Assembly (NCBI GenBank): GCA_046563655.1
Contig: CM102287.1
Span: forward strand, 124,001 to 188,000
DNA from: Yuukianura sp. NJ FZ-2021
Taxonomy: Eukaryota
Reading direction: 5' to 3'
Length of the DNA stretch: 64,000 nucleotides
Under the pieces are notes generated by a model, which made no database searches, was not told the DNA's origin, and was given only the letters and a program-made list of their open reading frames with translations. This document shows positions 30,201 through 43,577 of the stretch, in pieces (position 1 is the stretch's first letter; each line of letters begins with the position of its first letter). A program made the translations under genes and the position numbers.

Positions 30201-32322
30201 TCTGAGCCACTGCACGATTTGTAGGAAGAGACTGAGATCCATTGATCCAAGGTAGAGTGACAGTGTATCTTTCTTCCGGATCTGTAGTAACTGTCCTCAG
30301 AAAATTTTCAATAGCCTCTCTCTCCCGGTCTTCTTGCGTCTTCTTCTCCACGGGGTCACGAATTCCAAGGACATCCAAAGACCAAAGCTGGGCGACTGTC
30401 GAACTAGCGATAGTCATGGAAACCACAGTCATGGCTACGTCTTCAGAATTGCTCTGTCTTCCTGTAGCTCCCATGACCGTCCAACCCAATCTTGTCTCTG
30501 TTGCCGTCAACCCGTTCTTGAGACGAAAGATCTTCCCTGTCAGAAATTGTCCAATGGTGTCTGCACCCAACAAAACTTCAATTTCGACGGGATTCTTCGG
30601 GTCAAAGTCGTTCAACACAATTCCTCTGTCTCTGAGCATCTTCATCCATGGGCCAGGCGTAATTCTCGGAATTGCTCCGCAGATCTGATGTTGGTCCAAG
30701 AGAAGGAGAGGAACTGAAAACTTAGAATAAACACTGCCGATTAGAACCTTGTAGATTGAATGCTTATTCCCTACGACATTTGTCCCTCCAAACAATGAAT
30801 GATTCATGACCACGGTGTCCTTCTGATCCAGATCCAGCTCCTTGGCCGTACAATCTAGGATGTATGACTTTTGACTCCCGCAGTCGAGTAGAACACGAAC
30901 GTTCTTCTTCTTGTGGCTCACTGGGTTTTCCAACTGCACGATCAGCGTCTGGAGTACGACTTCGCTGGTACAGTTGAGACTTGAGAGCACCGTCTGATTT
31001 TTCTTCCCATCATCTTTGTCTTTTCCTTCACTGGAACCTTTGGTTAACGATGAGATCTGGGGGCAGAGTAGAACCAAATGCTTCTTACCGCAGACAAGGC
31101 ACTGAGGAGTACTACGACACTTATTAGCACGATGTCCACTTTTTAAACACGAAAAACAAACACCCTTCTTCTTGATGACCTCTTTCCTGTCTTCTAATGT
31201 CATCTTTTGTGCCTTAAAGCACTTTTTAGAGGGATGCTGTTTCTCACAGAACAAACACTGGCTTCTCTCTTTGTTTTCAAATTGTCCACTAAACAATCCA
31301 GCCGCTGTGGGCACATCTTCTTCTTCATCTCTGTGACTGTTGTGGCTTTTCTTCTTTTGGCTAGGACCAGGTCCGAAACCAATCTGAGTAAGTGCCCGTT
31401 GTTCCTTGTTGCCCGCTTCTCTCTTGAGAAATGCCAGTAGGAAATCAAGTTCACTCTTTGGTGGGTTCTCCTTGGACCCATCACGCCCAAAGTCGGAACT
31501 TCGTTGCCATGCAACCAAAATGTCCTCCGGCAAGCAGGATTCCACCATAGGAAACAACAGTTCAACCATGTTGTCAACACTTACACCAAGGGACTGTAGA
31601 GACTGAAGAGAAGCTTCTAATTTTCCGTACAGGATGTCCAATGGCTTCTTCTCCTTCGCCCAAGTGTCCCACATCAACTTCATTAATTCTCGAACATACA
31701 CTTGTTTTAGCAGTTTCGGATTCCCGAACCTCTCCTTCAGTGCCTCCAAAGCCTTTGGGTAGTTCTCGGCCGACTCTGGGTACCGCTTGACTACCTCTTC
31801 TGCCTTGGATCCTCGCACCATACACTGAACGAGATACCCGAACTTGTCCACAACGTGTATTTCGTCATCGTCGTCAATCTTCTTGAATTGTGACCACCAT
31901 CCAATCCAGTCGACAAGTTCTCCAGAGTACTTACGTAACTCTGTCTTTGGTAACTTCATCTTCCTGTGTCGGCTGGTGGACGATGCGCCATCATCATTCG
32001 ACGAACGATTCTGTGACTTGACTGGCGGATGCAGTGTCCTTTCTGCCTTAATCTTGATCAAAGTGGCTCTTCTTTTGATGTCATTGTTGGCACGACGCTC
32101 CGTATCCAACATCTCGGTCGAAGTCGACTCATCATCCAAAAGAAAAGTCTCCACTTGTTCATTCAGATCCGCCAACGAGTTCATTGCGTCATCTAGCATT
32201 GACACAGCAGCGATGACGTCATCTTCGGAAACCAATTCCCTCTGGAGTTCGGACTCTAAATTTGCTGTAAGTTCCGCAACATCCAGTCTCTTCATGTCTC
32301 GTGCTCTCTTGGCTCGATCCAT
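27274..32322 (-). pseudogene. BEL1 gag-pol polyprotein with a premature TAG at 29140 and the Gypsy insertion
   Basis: Gag (KLPKTEL), multiple Cys knuckles, protease LLDCGS, RT YVDN, RNase H FGDAS*KAYA, integrase GVDLAGP and WGGWWER. Confidence 0.92.
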
Positions 32323-32481
32323 GTCTCAAAACAAGATTCAACAAAATACCAAAATTAGTAAGAGTACTTATAATTAAATGGACTGATCGATTGGACTGTG
32401 GTGGATGTTAGTTTTACTAGTTTATTAGTATTCTTTACCAATTAAATCCAATTATGACAACTTAGAAAACTTTAACTTATA

Positions 32482-32792
32482 TGTTGCCTTCTTCAATGTC
32501 TGAGTCTTGTCTTTTTTCTTATACTTAAACTTATGGGAACACACGCAAAAGGAGGGAGAGGAGAAAACACAGAATAGCCGAAGGCCAGACGCCAGACGCT
32601 AACCGACGCACCCTATCTCCACCCACTACTTACAAACGCGACTTGTGGCGAAGCTATAACTTATAGGGGATACACAAAACACTTAAACCTATAACCACCC
32701 CAAGTCTCATGAAAAACTGACCTTTCGTTTTTAAGGGCGGGAAACTTAAAGTTATGCTTAACTAAAACTAGGAATAACCCAATTATCCTACA
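32482..32792 (-). repeat. Putative 5' LTR of BEL1
   Basis: TGT...AACA ends. The outer edge cuts directly into BEL2 gag. Single copy in the window. Confidence 0.55.
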
Positions 32793-35700
32793 TTCCTGTT
32801 CGTCTTCTGGAAAACGTAAGGTCAACCTACCAAAGCTAGAGCTCCCGACTTTTGATGGGAAATACGAGAACTGGTTGTCTTACCGAGACCTTATCACTAC
32901 ATACATCGTGAACAATCGGGATCTAACTGGAGGAGAGAAGTTAGGTAATCTGAAACCAACACTGAAAGGTGATGCTGAAGGTATTATTAAAAACTTTAAC
33001 AGTACTAACAGCAACTTTCAATAGGCCTGGGATCGTCTTAAGGCCAGATACGAGAACAAGAGGGAGATTGTATTCTCCATTCTTAAAAGACTTCTGAGTC
33101 TCAAAGCACTGCCAAGTGACAATGCTTCACAATTAAGGAAACTAATTGATACTTTTAATGAGTCATACAGGTCATTGGCAGCTCTAAAAGAACCAGTTGA
33201 GTCCTGGAACTCAATTCTGGTTTTTCATCTGGTTGATCGCTTATCACCAGTGGGTGGGTTATTTCTGGTCCTATTGGTTCTTCATCCAGTCAGTTCCCAC
33301 CATGCACGGATTGAGGACGAGACTATTCTCAAGTTTTGGGAAATCGAGAGTGTCCCCAATCGGCCATCATTGACACAAGAGGAGAGAGAGTGTGAACAAC
33401 ATTTTGTGTCACATCATACAGTCACACCGAGCGGAAGGTACCGAGTAAGTCTGCCATTTAAGTCTAATCATGAAACTTTAGGTGCCTCCAGACACATCGC
33501 CTTGAGAAGATTTCATAATCTTGAGAGACGACTGCTGCATATGCCGCAGTACAAAGGCGAATACTACAAGTTCATGAGGGAGTATGAGGAGCTAGGTCCA
33601 TGGAGCCTGTCCCTCAATCTGAGTGTGGTGAGGTAATTGGAAAAACCAATTTTCTACCACATCACTTCGTCCTAAAGGAGACAAGTGAAACCACCAAACT
33701 TCGGGTAGTGTTCGACGGATCCGCCAAGACTTCTACGGGAGTTTCGCTAAATCAGTGTCTACTGGTAGGTCCGACGGTTCAAAGCGATATTTTTGCCCAT
33801 CTTCTTAGTTTCAGGTCCAAGCCAATTGCCCTGAAAGCAGATATCACGAGAATGTATCGGCAGTTTGAAGTATCAAAACCGGATCAAGATTTTCAGAGGA
33901 TCTTGTGGAGATACTCAGACACCGAGCCTGTGAGAGAATTCCGACTAAGGACGATAACCTACGGAACGAGTTCGGCTCCCTTCCAAGCCGTCCGCTGTCT
34001 TCACCAATTGGCGACAGACAAAAGTGAATCATTTCTCGTGGGGGCGGAGGTCCTTCGGAATAACTTTTACGTTGATGATCTTTTAGGAGGAGCAAGTTCA
34101 ACCGAAGAGGCTCTTCAGATCTTCCAGGAATTAACATCTTTACTGCAGAGTGCTGGATTGGAAATACGCCAGTGGGACTCCAATGACAGTAAGATATTAA
34201 GTCACATTCCTAATGAACTGAGGGGTAAGAACTCAAAATTAAACTGTGAGTTCAACGACTTGGTCCGAGCACTGGGTGTATACTGGGACTCGAGAGATGA
34301 TGTATTTCATTTCTCTGGGTACACTCCGTCATCTACTACAGTCACCACCAAAAGATCAATTCTATCAGGATTGAGTCGTGTGTTTGATCCACTAGGTCTT
34401 TTGTCACAATATACTGTGTCTTTTAAGATTTATTTCCAGAAACTTTGGACACCAATTGAGAGAAATGGATCTAAACACACCCTAGACTGGGACGAAGAGA
34501 TTCCAGATGAGCTCAGAGGCCCTTGGATGGACTTTGAGAAAAGTCTCCTGTACATTGAACAAGTCAAAGTTCCGAGATTTCTATTCCCAGGGAGACCAAA
34601 AATCGAGATACATCGCTTTTCGGATGGTGCAGAGACAGCCTACTGCGCAGTAGTCTACGCTCGATGTATCAACGGAAGTCAAATTACTACGAATATCATC
34701 GCCGCAAAGACGAAGGTTGCACCCATCAAAGCTATCAGCATCCCTCGTCTGGAGTTATGTGGAGCGCTCCTTCTAGCCAGACTAATTCCTCAGATCATGG
34801 AGGCCATCAAGATCGATTGTCGCATTTTCACATAGAGTGATAGTGGAATCGTTCTGAGCTGGCTTGGCAACACTTCACGTAAGTACAAAACATTCGTTTC
34901 TAATAGAGTGAGTGAGATTCAAGAGGCGATTCCAAGTAAGTCCTGGAGATTCGTACCGGGGAAACTAAACCCTGCGGATCTGGGTACCCGAGGTATTTCT
35001 GCACTGGAACTTGCACAATCAGACGTGTGGTTTGAGGGACCATCCTTTCTGAGGGAGTCAAAACTACCAATTTTTGAGTCTGAGAAAGTCGTCGATGGTG
35101 AGTTGGAGTTGAAAATTGAGAAAACAGTGAGTAATCTGAGTGTCATTGGATCATCGTTCTTTGAGAGGTTCTCTAATCTTGTCAGGCTCAAGAGAGCTGT
35201 GGCATATGTTTTGCGCTTTGTCCATAATTGTAGGTGGAGCTTGGACTCTGGAAATCGCAGAACTGGAAAATTGACAGTTCAAGATCTACGAGAGGCGCTT
35301 ATCTTTTGTGTCAAGGAGTCACAGAGAGAGTCATTCCACAGAGAAATTGACAAACTTGTCAAAAGTAAGTCGCTACCAAAGGGTAATCAATTGGTGCCTT
35401 CGTACCCACTTTTAGACACTGAGGGAGTTCTACGAGTCGGAGGTAGACTCCAGAACTCGGAAGTTAAAGAAGAAGTGAAGCACCAAATCGTTTTAGCTGG
35501 TCAGCATCACTTCACCAAATTACTAATTTTGAATCGACACATCCAACTTCACCATGCGAGCTACCAACTGTTGTCTTCCGATTTGAGGAGAGAGTACTGG
35601 ATCTTAAGGGCCCGAGTCACCATTCGTCATCAATTGCACCAGTGTCTAGCATGCAAGAGGCTCAAAGCAAAAACCTATGAGCAACTGATATGTAGTCTCC

Positions 35701-37776
35701 CATCAGCCAGAGTGAATCCGTCACCGCCTTTTGAGCACACTGGACTTGACTACGCAGGACCACTTAAGGCCCAGGACACGATTGGAAGAGGCAGAAGACA
35801 ACACAATGTCTATTTTTGCATCTTCATATGCCTTTGCACCAAAGCAGTGCATCTCGAGCCAGTGAACGATCTCACGACTGAGGCCTTCATTGGAGCACTG
35901 AAGAGATTTGTGGCCAGGAGAGGATTGCCTTCAACCATTTATTCTGATAATGGTTCGAACCTGGTCGGAGCATCAAACACAATGGACGAGTGGGTAAAAT
36001 TATTAGAAAAATCTAACAATGAAGTTTCCCAGTTTTTAGGAAACCGAGGAGTTCAGTGGAGATTCAATCCCCCTGAAGCCCCACACATGGGAGGTCTATG
36101 GGAGGCCGGAGTGCGCAGCGTAAAGCACCATTTGAGACGAACTGTCGAAGCCCATACCCTAACGCCTGCTACGGACTTACTGTGCTGCTGCTGTGCTGTT
36201 GCCGTGCCATCCCCGTGCTTTGCATTGTTAGCATCCTAACTTCCCAATTTTTAGCGGAAGCACAACATGCTCTCTGCTTACCGTGCTCATGCTCTGTTCA
36301 AATTTCATCCGGTAAGTTAGGATCGAATCGGTAAGTTTTCTTGCATTTTTGCAAGCAAATCACTGGTTTCCCACTCAAAAGTCATTTTTAAATCACTATT
36401 TAATAAAAAATGTCAGATTTGTGTTCTCCATACACGAATTAGTCTAAAAACTGATTTTCATCAAAATCAAGCAAAAAACAAAGTTTCGAAAAAAAAAAAT
36501 TTCAAAATTTTTTTAAAAGGGGATGGCACAAACTCCATAAGAAAGTTGCCTTGGTGGTATTCAAATGAAATTTTCACCAGTTGTTCAGGCCACCACTGGC
36601 ATCATATTTGCAAATTTTCAGACCCCTAGAAACAATAGGTCAAGGATCACGGGGGGTCAAAGGTCACCATGTCATCCTATGACGACCCCATATAAACTGC
36701 ATATCATTGGAATGGGCTTGACGTCCTAATTCAGAAAATGCATATATGTCAATACTTGGTTAAAATAGTTTTTCTATATTCCAATGTTTCCTTTGATTTC
36801 CCATGAGGTCACTGCGCCGGTGTCAAAGGTCAAAGGTCAGGTCAACATGTGACATTACCTACGCTTTTCGGAGTGATCTGACGAAGAGAAGGACACCTCA
36901 TTTGTTCAAATCGGTCCAGTAGTTTCGGAGGAGTATTCAGAAAATGAACAAAAAAATAATTGTAAAAGCAAATTTGCTCTCGTCGTGCTTCCTCAAAAGT
37001 TGCTTCCGTCCCTACTTTCAAAAGACCACGGTAAGAGCAGGAGCACGGTAAGGTAAACGGTAAGTTAGGATGCTTGCCCTTGCTCTGTCGTTGCCTTGGA
37101 AAAATGAGGCAGCACAGCACGGGGAAGGCACAAGTAAGTTAGGATCGGTAATTTTTAACAAAAACAGCGCAGCAAAGCATCGTCAAGGCAGCAGCACGGT
37201 AAGTCCGTACCGAGCGTAACACTGGAAGAGTTTCATACCATTCTCACAATGGTCGAGTCAGTGCTGAATTCGAGACCGATTTGCGCCATGACAGAGGACC
37301 CAGAAGACTACAGCGTTTTAACACCAGGGCACTTTCTGATTGGAAGACCCTTAACTGCAATTCCCGAGCCAAGTCTTCTGCACCTCAACGGGAACAGATT
37401 GTCACGTTGGCAACGTGTGCAACACATCATGGAGCACTTTTGGAATCGTTGGAGAAACGACTACCTACATTCACTTCAAGAGCGACATAAGTGGAGGAAA
37501 CCGCAGAGCAACATTGAAGTTGGAGAGCTAGTTCTTCTGAAAGAAGACGACATTCCCCCACTCAAATAGAAGATGGCAAGAGTGATCGCAGTCTACCCTG
37601 GGAGCGACAGTCTCATCAGATCTACGGTCGACATCAAGTACAAGACAAGTAAATGTGGAAAGGATGGCAAATTGAAAGAAACGTGCCACATTCTAAAACG
37701 TCCAGTGGTCAAGATCTGCCCCCTCTTACCCCCTCCATCAGCAGAAGATCCTAGAAGTCATCTAAGAGTAACTTAA
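32793..37776 (+). pseudogene. BEL2 gag-pol remnants
   Basis: ORF pieces 33175-33636, 33600-34835, 34908-36162, 37249-37569 and 37573-37776 are collinear parts of one Pao polyprotein. Confidence 0.88.
36163..37216. mobile_element. PIF/Harbinger-type non-autonomous element in BEL2 integrase
   Basis: TAA TSD on both sides and imperfect TIRs CGCCTGCTACGGACTTAC / GTAAGTCCGTACCGAGCG. Removing it restores HTLTLEEFHT. Confidence 0.85.
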
Positions 37777-38438
37777 TAATCTAAACCATAATTTTAACTA
37801 ACTAGTGTACTTAATTCATAATTCAATTGAGTCTTTCGTTTTAAATTTAATTTCATTTATTCATAATTGAGTAGGATAGTAAGAGGCAGAGTGCCAGAAC
37901 CGGACTCCTTCGAGTAGAGTAATCAATTCATTTTCTTTTCCGGATTGGAACACTTTATCTTTTACTTCCCGGAGAAAGTTGGTAGTGTAGGGTCAAGCAA
38001 AGGCCTAATTCCTGTTCCGCTTCGCAGGAGAGAGACATGAGCCACCTCTCAGGTCACCAATTCACTACCAACCTATCCCCTTCCTTTCTCCCCATTTCAA
38101 TCATCTCCAATTCTGAAGAGATTTTCTTTTTAATTTTTATTTTGAGAATTGGGATAAGATCCCAATTGAGAGGCCGGTGTTCTGGCCATTCTGCCAGAAT
38201 AAGAAATAATTTCAATTCTATTTTGGTATTTTCTGAGTTTTCATTAGAGTAGGTGAATAGGAGTGCGGATAGCGTCTTTTAAAAGCCTAAGGGCAGCGTC
38301 TTTCTATTTTAGAGTAAGAAAAAGTGGGACATGAGTAAGCGTACATACAAAAAACCAATAGTCGCATAGAGTCGTCCGTTAGAGTTAGTCGAGTCAACTT
38401 CTCACTTTTTCACTTCAAGTCTCAATTCATTCATTTCC

Positions 38439-39928
38439 GTTTTAGTCTTCTGGAGACGCACGTCTACGACGTGCTGAAGAAGACTATTGATACGACTTTG
38501 TCCGTCTGTCTGTCTGTCTGTCTGTCACGTTTTTTAGGACTCATTGCACTGAAACATTAGCCCCATCGCAGTCGGGGGGTTATGTATGGCTCAAGAGTTT
38601 TCAGTAGGTCTACATTGCACTCAAAGTGTTAAATTAACAACGTAAAAGTTGGCGGCTACTTTACGTACCCGCAGTATCGTGGCTCCGCAAAACAGTTTTG
38701 GTCTCGATTGTACTCAAAATATATTTAAACAACGAAGTTTTGATCTGGTCATTTTCTGACAGTTAGTTTAATTACGTTGTTAAATTAAGCCTAGTTAGAG
38801 GGTAGAAATTACGGCTTGAGTTCGTAATACGTAAACGGTGCTTGGCAGGGTTCTCATTTGCCTTCTTGAGAAATTTTTATAATTTTGATTTTAAAAAAGC
38901 TATATTCGGCGCCTGCCACTCAACGTTTAATTTTGTGCACACTTAAGTAAGATGCACAAATGTCGAATTGGGCAGTTATTTTAACGTTGGGTTGTGGACG
39001 TTAATATTAGCAATTTGTGCATATTTGAGAACAATTGCACATTTATCATAAACAATGTGCATTATAAGCAAACCATTTTACGTAGCAAGTTGCGGAACAG
39101 TTGTGCAACTTGTTTAACCCCATAATTTTAGTGCAGCTATGTTAACACTGTGTTTGCTATATTGTCATGACAACATTGACATTTGTGCATTTTACTCAAC
39201 AAAAAATATTAAGGTTAAAAAAATATAAAAATTAACGACATTTCTTAAATCTCTCAACCTGCCAATAATGGCAGGTGTAAGTTGTAAAATTCATCACAGA
39301 TTTTTTTTTGTGTTTTCATAAAAAGTGTTAAATAAAAAAATATGAACATCATTGAAAATGTTGATTTCCAAAAAACCCCATTGTTTGCATACATGTGAGC
39401 GGTTTCTCAGAAACGAAGTTTTGAAATTTACCAAACTGCTGCTTTAAAAATGAGCGTGTACAGAGGTAATTAGCATTGTGTCCAGATTATAAGCCTTTAT
39501 AGACAACAAGTTATTCTACTACTGCTCTAATTTGTAACCATGCTAACCTGTTGATTTCCAAAAAACCCATTGTTTGCATACATGTGAGCGGTTTCTCAGA
39601 AACGAAGAGTTGAAATTTACCAAACTGCTGCTTTAAAAAATGAGCGTGTACAGAGGTAATTAGCATTGTGTCCAGATTATAAGCCTTTATAGACAACAAG
39701 TTATTCTACTAATGCTCTAATTTGTAAACGAGCAAACCTGTTGATTCCCCAAAAAAACCATTGTTTGCTACATGTGAGCGGTTTCTCAGAAACGAAGTTT
39801 TGAAATTTGCCAAACTGCTGCTTTAAAAAATGAGCTTGTACAGAGGTAATTAGCATTGTGTCCAGATTATAAGCCTTTATAGACAACAAGTTATTCTACT
39901 AATGCTCTAATTTGTAACCGGGCAAACC
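38439..39928 (+). mobile_element. Left arm of the inverted repeat: Helentron/DINE-like 5' end plus ~3 satellite monomers
   Basis: TTTT-AGTCTTC...GAAGACT local inversion followed by a (GTCT)n microsatellite, ~0.9 kb of unique sequence and then 190-bp repeats. Reverse complement of 42211-43577. Confidence 0.7.
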
Positions 39929-41021
39929 AGTAGGTAGCACGTAATGACCCGTAGTCAAAAATACGTCCTTGAACGGTCGTAAAACAATGTTTGTAAACAA
40001 ACGAGATCTCGACCAGAATTTTATGCTGAAGGGTGGTCGTTAAATAGCACTAAAAGTGTCGGTGAATGAGACGGTGACATCATCATACAGTTCGTCACGT
40101 TTCATCACTCTTTCTCTTCAGTGCAGTTGAGTAGGAAGAAACAGTTGGACGTTCTCATCTCCTCCTTGCAGCCATCCCCTTCCTTCCAGTGCAGAGGGGA
40201 GGGAAATGTTTCAAAGCACAACGCAGAACGGCGTCCTCACTCGCACCTCATATTCCTAGTCATTCGTTCCAACAAACAGTGGGGAAAAATGTTGCAAAGC
40301 ATAACCAAATATTTTTCTCATTTTTAGGACGGCTTTTTGTTGATTAATTCGCGCCAATCGTTTCCGTGAACAACTGCAAAATTGATTTTTATTTAAAACC
40401 ATACTTCAGTTCAAATTCACTTGTCACATTTAAAAATGTGATTCCGCTAAAGTAAGATTTGAGGCACTATTATTTGTCTCTTTTTAGAAGGCGAATAGCT
40501 TTCGTTGCTTTTTTCGGTTCCTTGGCGGCACTTTTGGAAAAACTCACTTCTTCAAAAACATTTTCTCCATTAGGTTTGTATACAAAATTTTACAAAGCTG
40601 AGAATATCTATGTTTCCGGTTCATAAGGCTACCGAATTTTTTTTTCAAAATTTGAAAACCGCCTTCTAAGAACAGACGGACTATTACGTGAGTGGTAAAT
40701 TATAAAATTACTTGTAGAATTGAAATTACATTATATCCACTTGACCAACAACCGAATTTATCTTTATACTATAAAAACTGATTCGTTCAACACATTCCCT
40801 GATGTCTAATTAGATCCGCAGACTCACTAAGAATTCTAGTGCCACCACCACCTCCACCACCACCACCACCACACCACCCCATCATACAACAAAGCAAATC
40901 CTACAACCGATCCACATAAAAAAAAAGGAAACGTTTAGTTGCGGATTAGAGGGCATACTGTAAACACGCGTCACGTTAAGTTAATTTTGTATTTCCCCAA
41001 AATAACTGTTAAAATTTCGTC

Positions 41022-41594
41022 ATGAACTTTTCCTGCGAAATTTGTTCTCTGCCATTTTCTCGCTTGGATTCATTAAATCGGCATCGTCGCACAGTGCATT
41101 CGTCTGAGATGTCTGCATATACTTATCAAGATCACACGGAAGATACATCTGGAACGAGTGACGAAGGCAGTAGCTCGGATGATGAGCCTAAAGAGGAAAG
41201 TTCCACGACAAAATTGAGTCAATCCAGCATATCGTTAATTCTACACGCTCTACATAACGCTGATATTGGAGTTCATAGATTAACTTTGACTGCTTTACAA
41301 GAGCTTGTAAATGGAGTTGATGACACGGAAAGTTCGGATGATGACAATGTAGACAAAGGCAGTGATTATGCAGAGGATGATAGCTCCGACTCTGACAGTT
41401 TTTCAGAAGCCGATGAAAATGAGAATGAATCCTATGAGAAAATGCATACGGATTCGTCAGACGAAGACGGCGAAGAAGTCAAATTGAACTCTAATCAGTT
41501 GGAATATTTAATTGCTGTGGTGAAGGCAGCAAAAAGAAACGTTATTTATTTGACTAGGTCAGGGTTTTTGAGTGTGCTTGATAACATGTTATAA
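41022..41594 (+). CDS. C2H2 zinc-finger protein with acidic tracts, 190 aa, intronless
   Basis: CEICSLPFSRLDSLNRHRRTVH, two Asp/Glu/Ser tracts and two similar helical segments. Confidence 0.7.
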   Translation: MNFSCEICSLPFSRLDSLNRHRRTVHSSEMSAYTYQDHTEDTSGTSDEGSSSDDEPKEESSTTKLSQSSISLILHALHNADIGVHRLTLTALQELVNGVDDTESSDDDNVDKGSDYAEDDSSDSDSFSEADENENESYEKMHTDSSDEDGEEVKLNSNQLEYLIAVVKAAKRNVIYLTRSGFLSVLDNML

Positions 41595-42210
41595 GATGAT
41601 CTTCTGTACAAAAAGAAAATTTATTAAAAAAAAAAGAGGTTGAAAAAGTCATCGTTATACTTTGAATTTAGGAAGTAATTATATGGATAAATAAATTGTT
41701 CATGTGCGGATTTTGTCTTTCTTCGGTGAAACAAAAACAAACGTAATTTATTTGACTAATGCAGTTGAAAATTGTACTTATTATATCATAAGCTACTACA
41801 AACACAAACATAATTTCACAAAGTTGTCTCAAAATTAAATCATTGCACTCCTGGTTCATGGGTAGGTAGGATACGAAAAGAATCGAGAACAAGGGGTAAT
41901 AATTGAAATCAAAGATTATATTTTTTAAGGATTGCGTTATGAATATACTTTAAGCCTAACAGGACTTGTTTTACTGCATCCACAAATATATGTAACTTTC
42001 TGAAACACTTTGACCTATGAATCGCACGGTTAAGCAAACGGAACGCCATCACTCCGAAACAATAATTTAGTAATATTCTAAATCCTCGTACGTAGTCTAA
42101 AATGTAGTTACTAATTATGGCAAGTATTACTCCCTCCTACTCAACTCCTTTTATCCTTTCCCTCCCTTCCCCCAAAACCCCCTTTTCAGGGGGAGGGTTA
42201 AACGTCGCCA

Positions 42211-43577
42211 TCAAAACTTCGTTTCTGAGAAACCGCTCACATGTAGCAAACAATGGTTTTTTTTGGGGAATCAACAGGTTTGCTCGGTTACAAATTAGAG
42301 CATTAGTAGAATAACTTGTTGTCTATAAAGGCTTATAATCTGGACACAATGCTAATTACCTCTGTACACGCTCATTTTTTAAAGCAGCAGTTTGGTAAAT
42401 TTCAAAACTTCGTTTCTGAGAAACCGCTCACATATATGCAAACAATGGGGTTTTTTGGAAATCAACAGGTTAGCATGGTTACAAATTAGAGCAGTAGTAG
42501 AATAACTTGTTGTCTATAAAGGCTTATAATCTGGACACAATGCTAATTACCTCTGTACACGCTCATTTTTTAAAGCAGCAGTTTGGTAAATTTCAAAACT
42601 TCGTTTCTGAGAAACCGCTCACATGTATGCAAACAATGGGGTTTTTTGGAAATCAACATTTTCAATGATGTTCATATTTTTTTATTTAACACTTTTTATG
42701 AAAACACAAAAAAGATCTGTGATGAATTTTACAACTTACACCTGCCATTATTGGCAGGTTGAGAGATTTAAGAAATGTCGTTAATTTTTATATTTTTTTA
42801 ACCTTAATATTTTTTGTTGAGTAAAATGCACAAATGTCAATGTTGTCATGACAATATAGCAAACACAGTGTTAACATAGCTGCACTAAAATTATGGGGTT
42901 AAACAAGTTGCACAACTGTTCCGCAACTTGCTACGTAAAATGGTTTGCTTATAATGCACATTGTTTATGATAAATGTGCAATTGTTCTCAAATATGCACA
43001 AATTGCTAATATTAACGTCCACAACCCAACGTTAAAATAACTGCCCAATTCGACATTTGTGCATCTTACTTAAGTGTGCACAAAATTAAACGTTGAGTGG
43101 CAGGCGCCGAATATAGCTTTTTTAAAATCAAAATTATAAAAATTTCTCAAGAAGGCAAATGAGAACCCTGCCAAGCACCGTTTACGTATTACGAACTCAA
43201 GCCGTAATTTCTACCCTCTAACTAGGCTTAATTTAACAACGTAATTAAACTAACTGTCAGAAAATGACCAGATCAAAACTTCGTTGTTTAAATATATTTT
43301 GAGTACAATCGAGACCAAAACTGTTTTGCGGAGCCACGATACTGCGGGTACGTAAAGTAGCCGCCAACTTTTACGTTGTTAATTTAACACTTTGAGTGCA
43401 ATGTAGACCTACTGAAAACTCTTGAGCCATACATAACCCCCCGACTGCGATGGGGCTAATGTTTCAGTGCAATGAGTCCTAAAAAACGTGACAGACAGAC
43501 AGACAGACAGACGGACAAAGTCGTATCAATAGTCTTCTTCAGCACGTCGTAGACGTGCGTCTCCAGAAGACTAAAAC
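42211..43577 (-). mobile_element. Right arm of the inverted repeat (near-identical inverted copy of 38439-39800)
   Basis: Ends ...GTGCGTCTCCAGAAGACTAAAAC, the exact reverse complement of the start of the left arm. Confidence 0.75.

Larger units (their letters stand above)
18985..32792 (-). mobile_element. BEL/Pao LTR retrotransposon 1, interrupted by the Gypsy element and the Polinton
   Basis: Putative 5' LTR TGTAGGATA...GGCAACA at 32792-32482. Single gag-pol frame from 32322. The pol C-terminus resumes at 19287 and ends TTRSGRTIRKPIRYGI* at 18994. Confidence 0.88.
32793..38438 (+). mobile_element. Decayed BEL/Pao retrotransposon 2 (5'-truncated by BEL1; 3' LTR from 38178, cut at ~38438)
   Basis: Gag fragment VNLPKLELPTFDG, a deletion at ~33250 removing the knuckles and protease, RT YVDD, RNase H and integrase GLDYAGP/MGGLWE, with several stops and frameshifts. 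Purine tract then TGTTCTGG at 38178. Confidence 0.88.

Noticed and set aside
27472..32377. Plus-strand ORFs overlapping BEL1, and similar shadow ORFs opposite the MCP, penton, gag and pol genes
   Set aside because: Antisense shadows of long coding regions with no motifs of their own.
36163..36334. Cys-rich C-terminus of the BEL2 integrase ORF (LLCCCCAV) and ORF 36098-36334
   Set aside because: Read-through into the inserted Harbinger-type MITE.
38439..43577. Ordinary cut-and-paste TIR transposon
   Set aside because: No TSD, no transposase, and the left flank sequence does not continue on the right.
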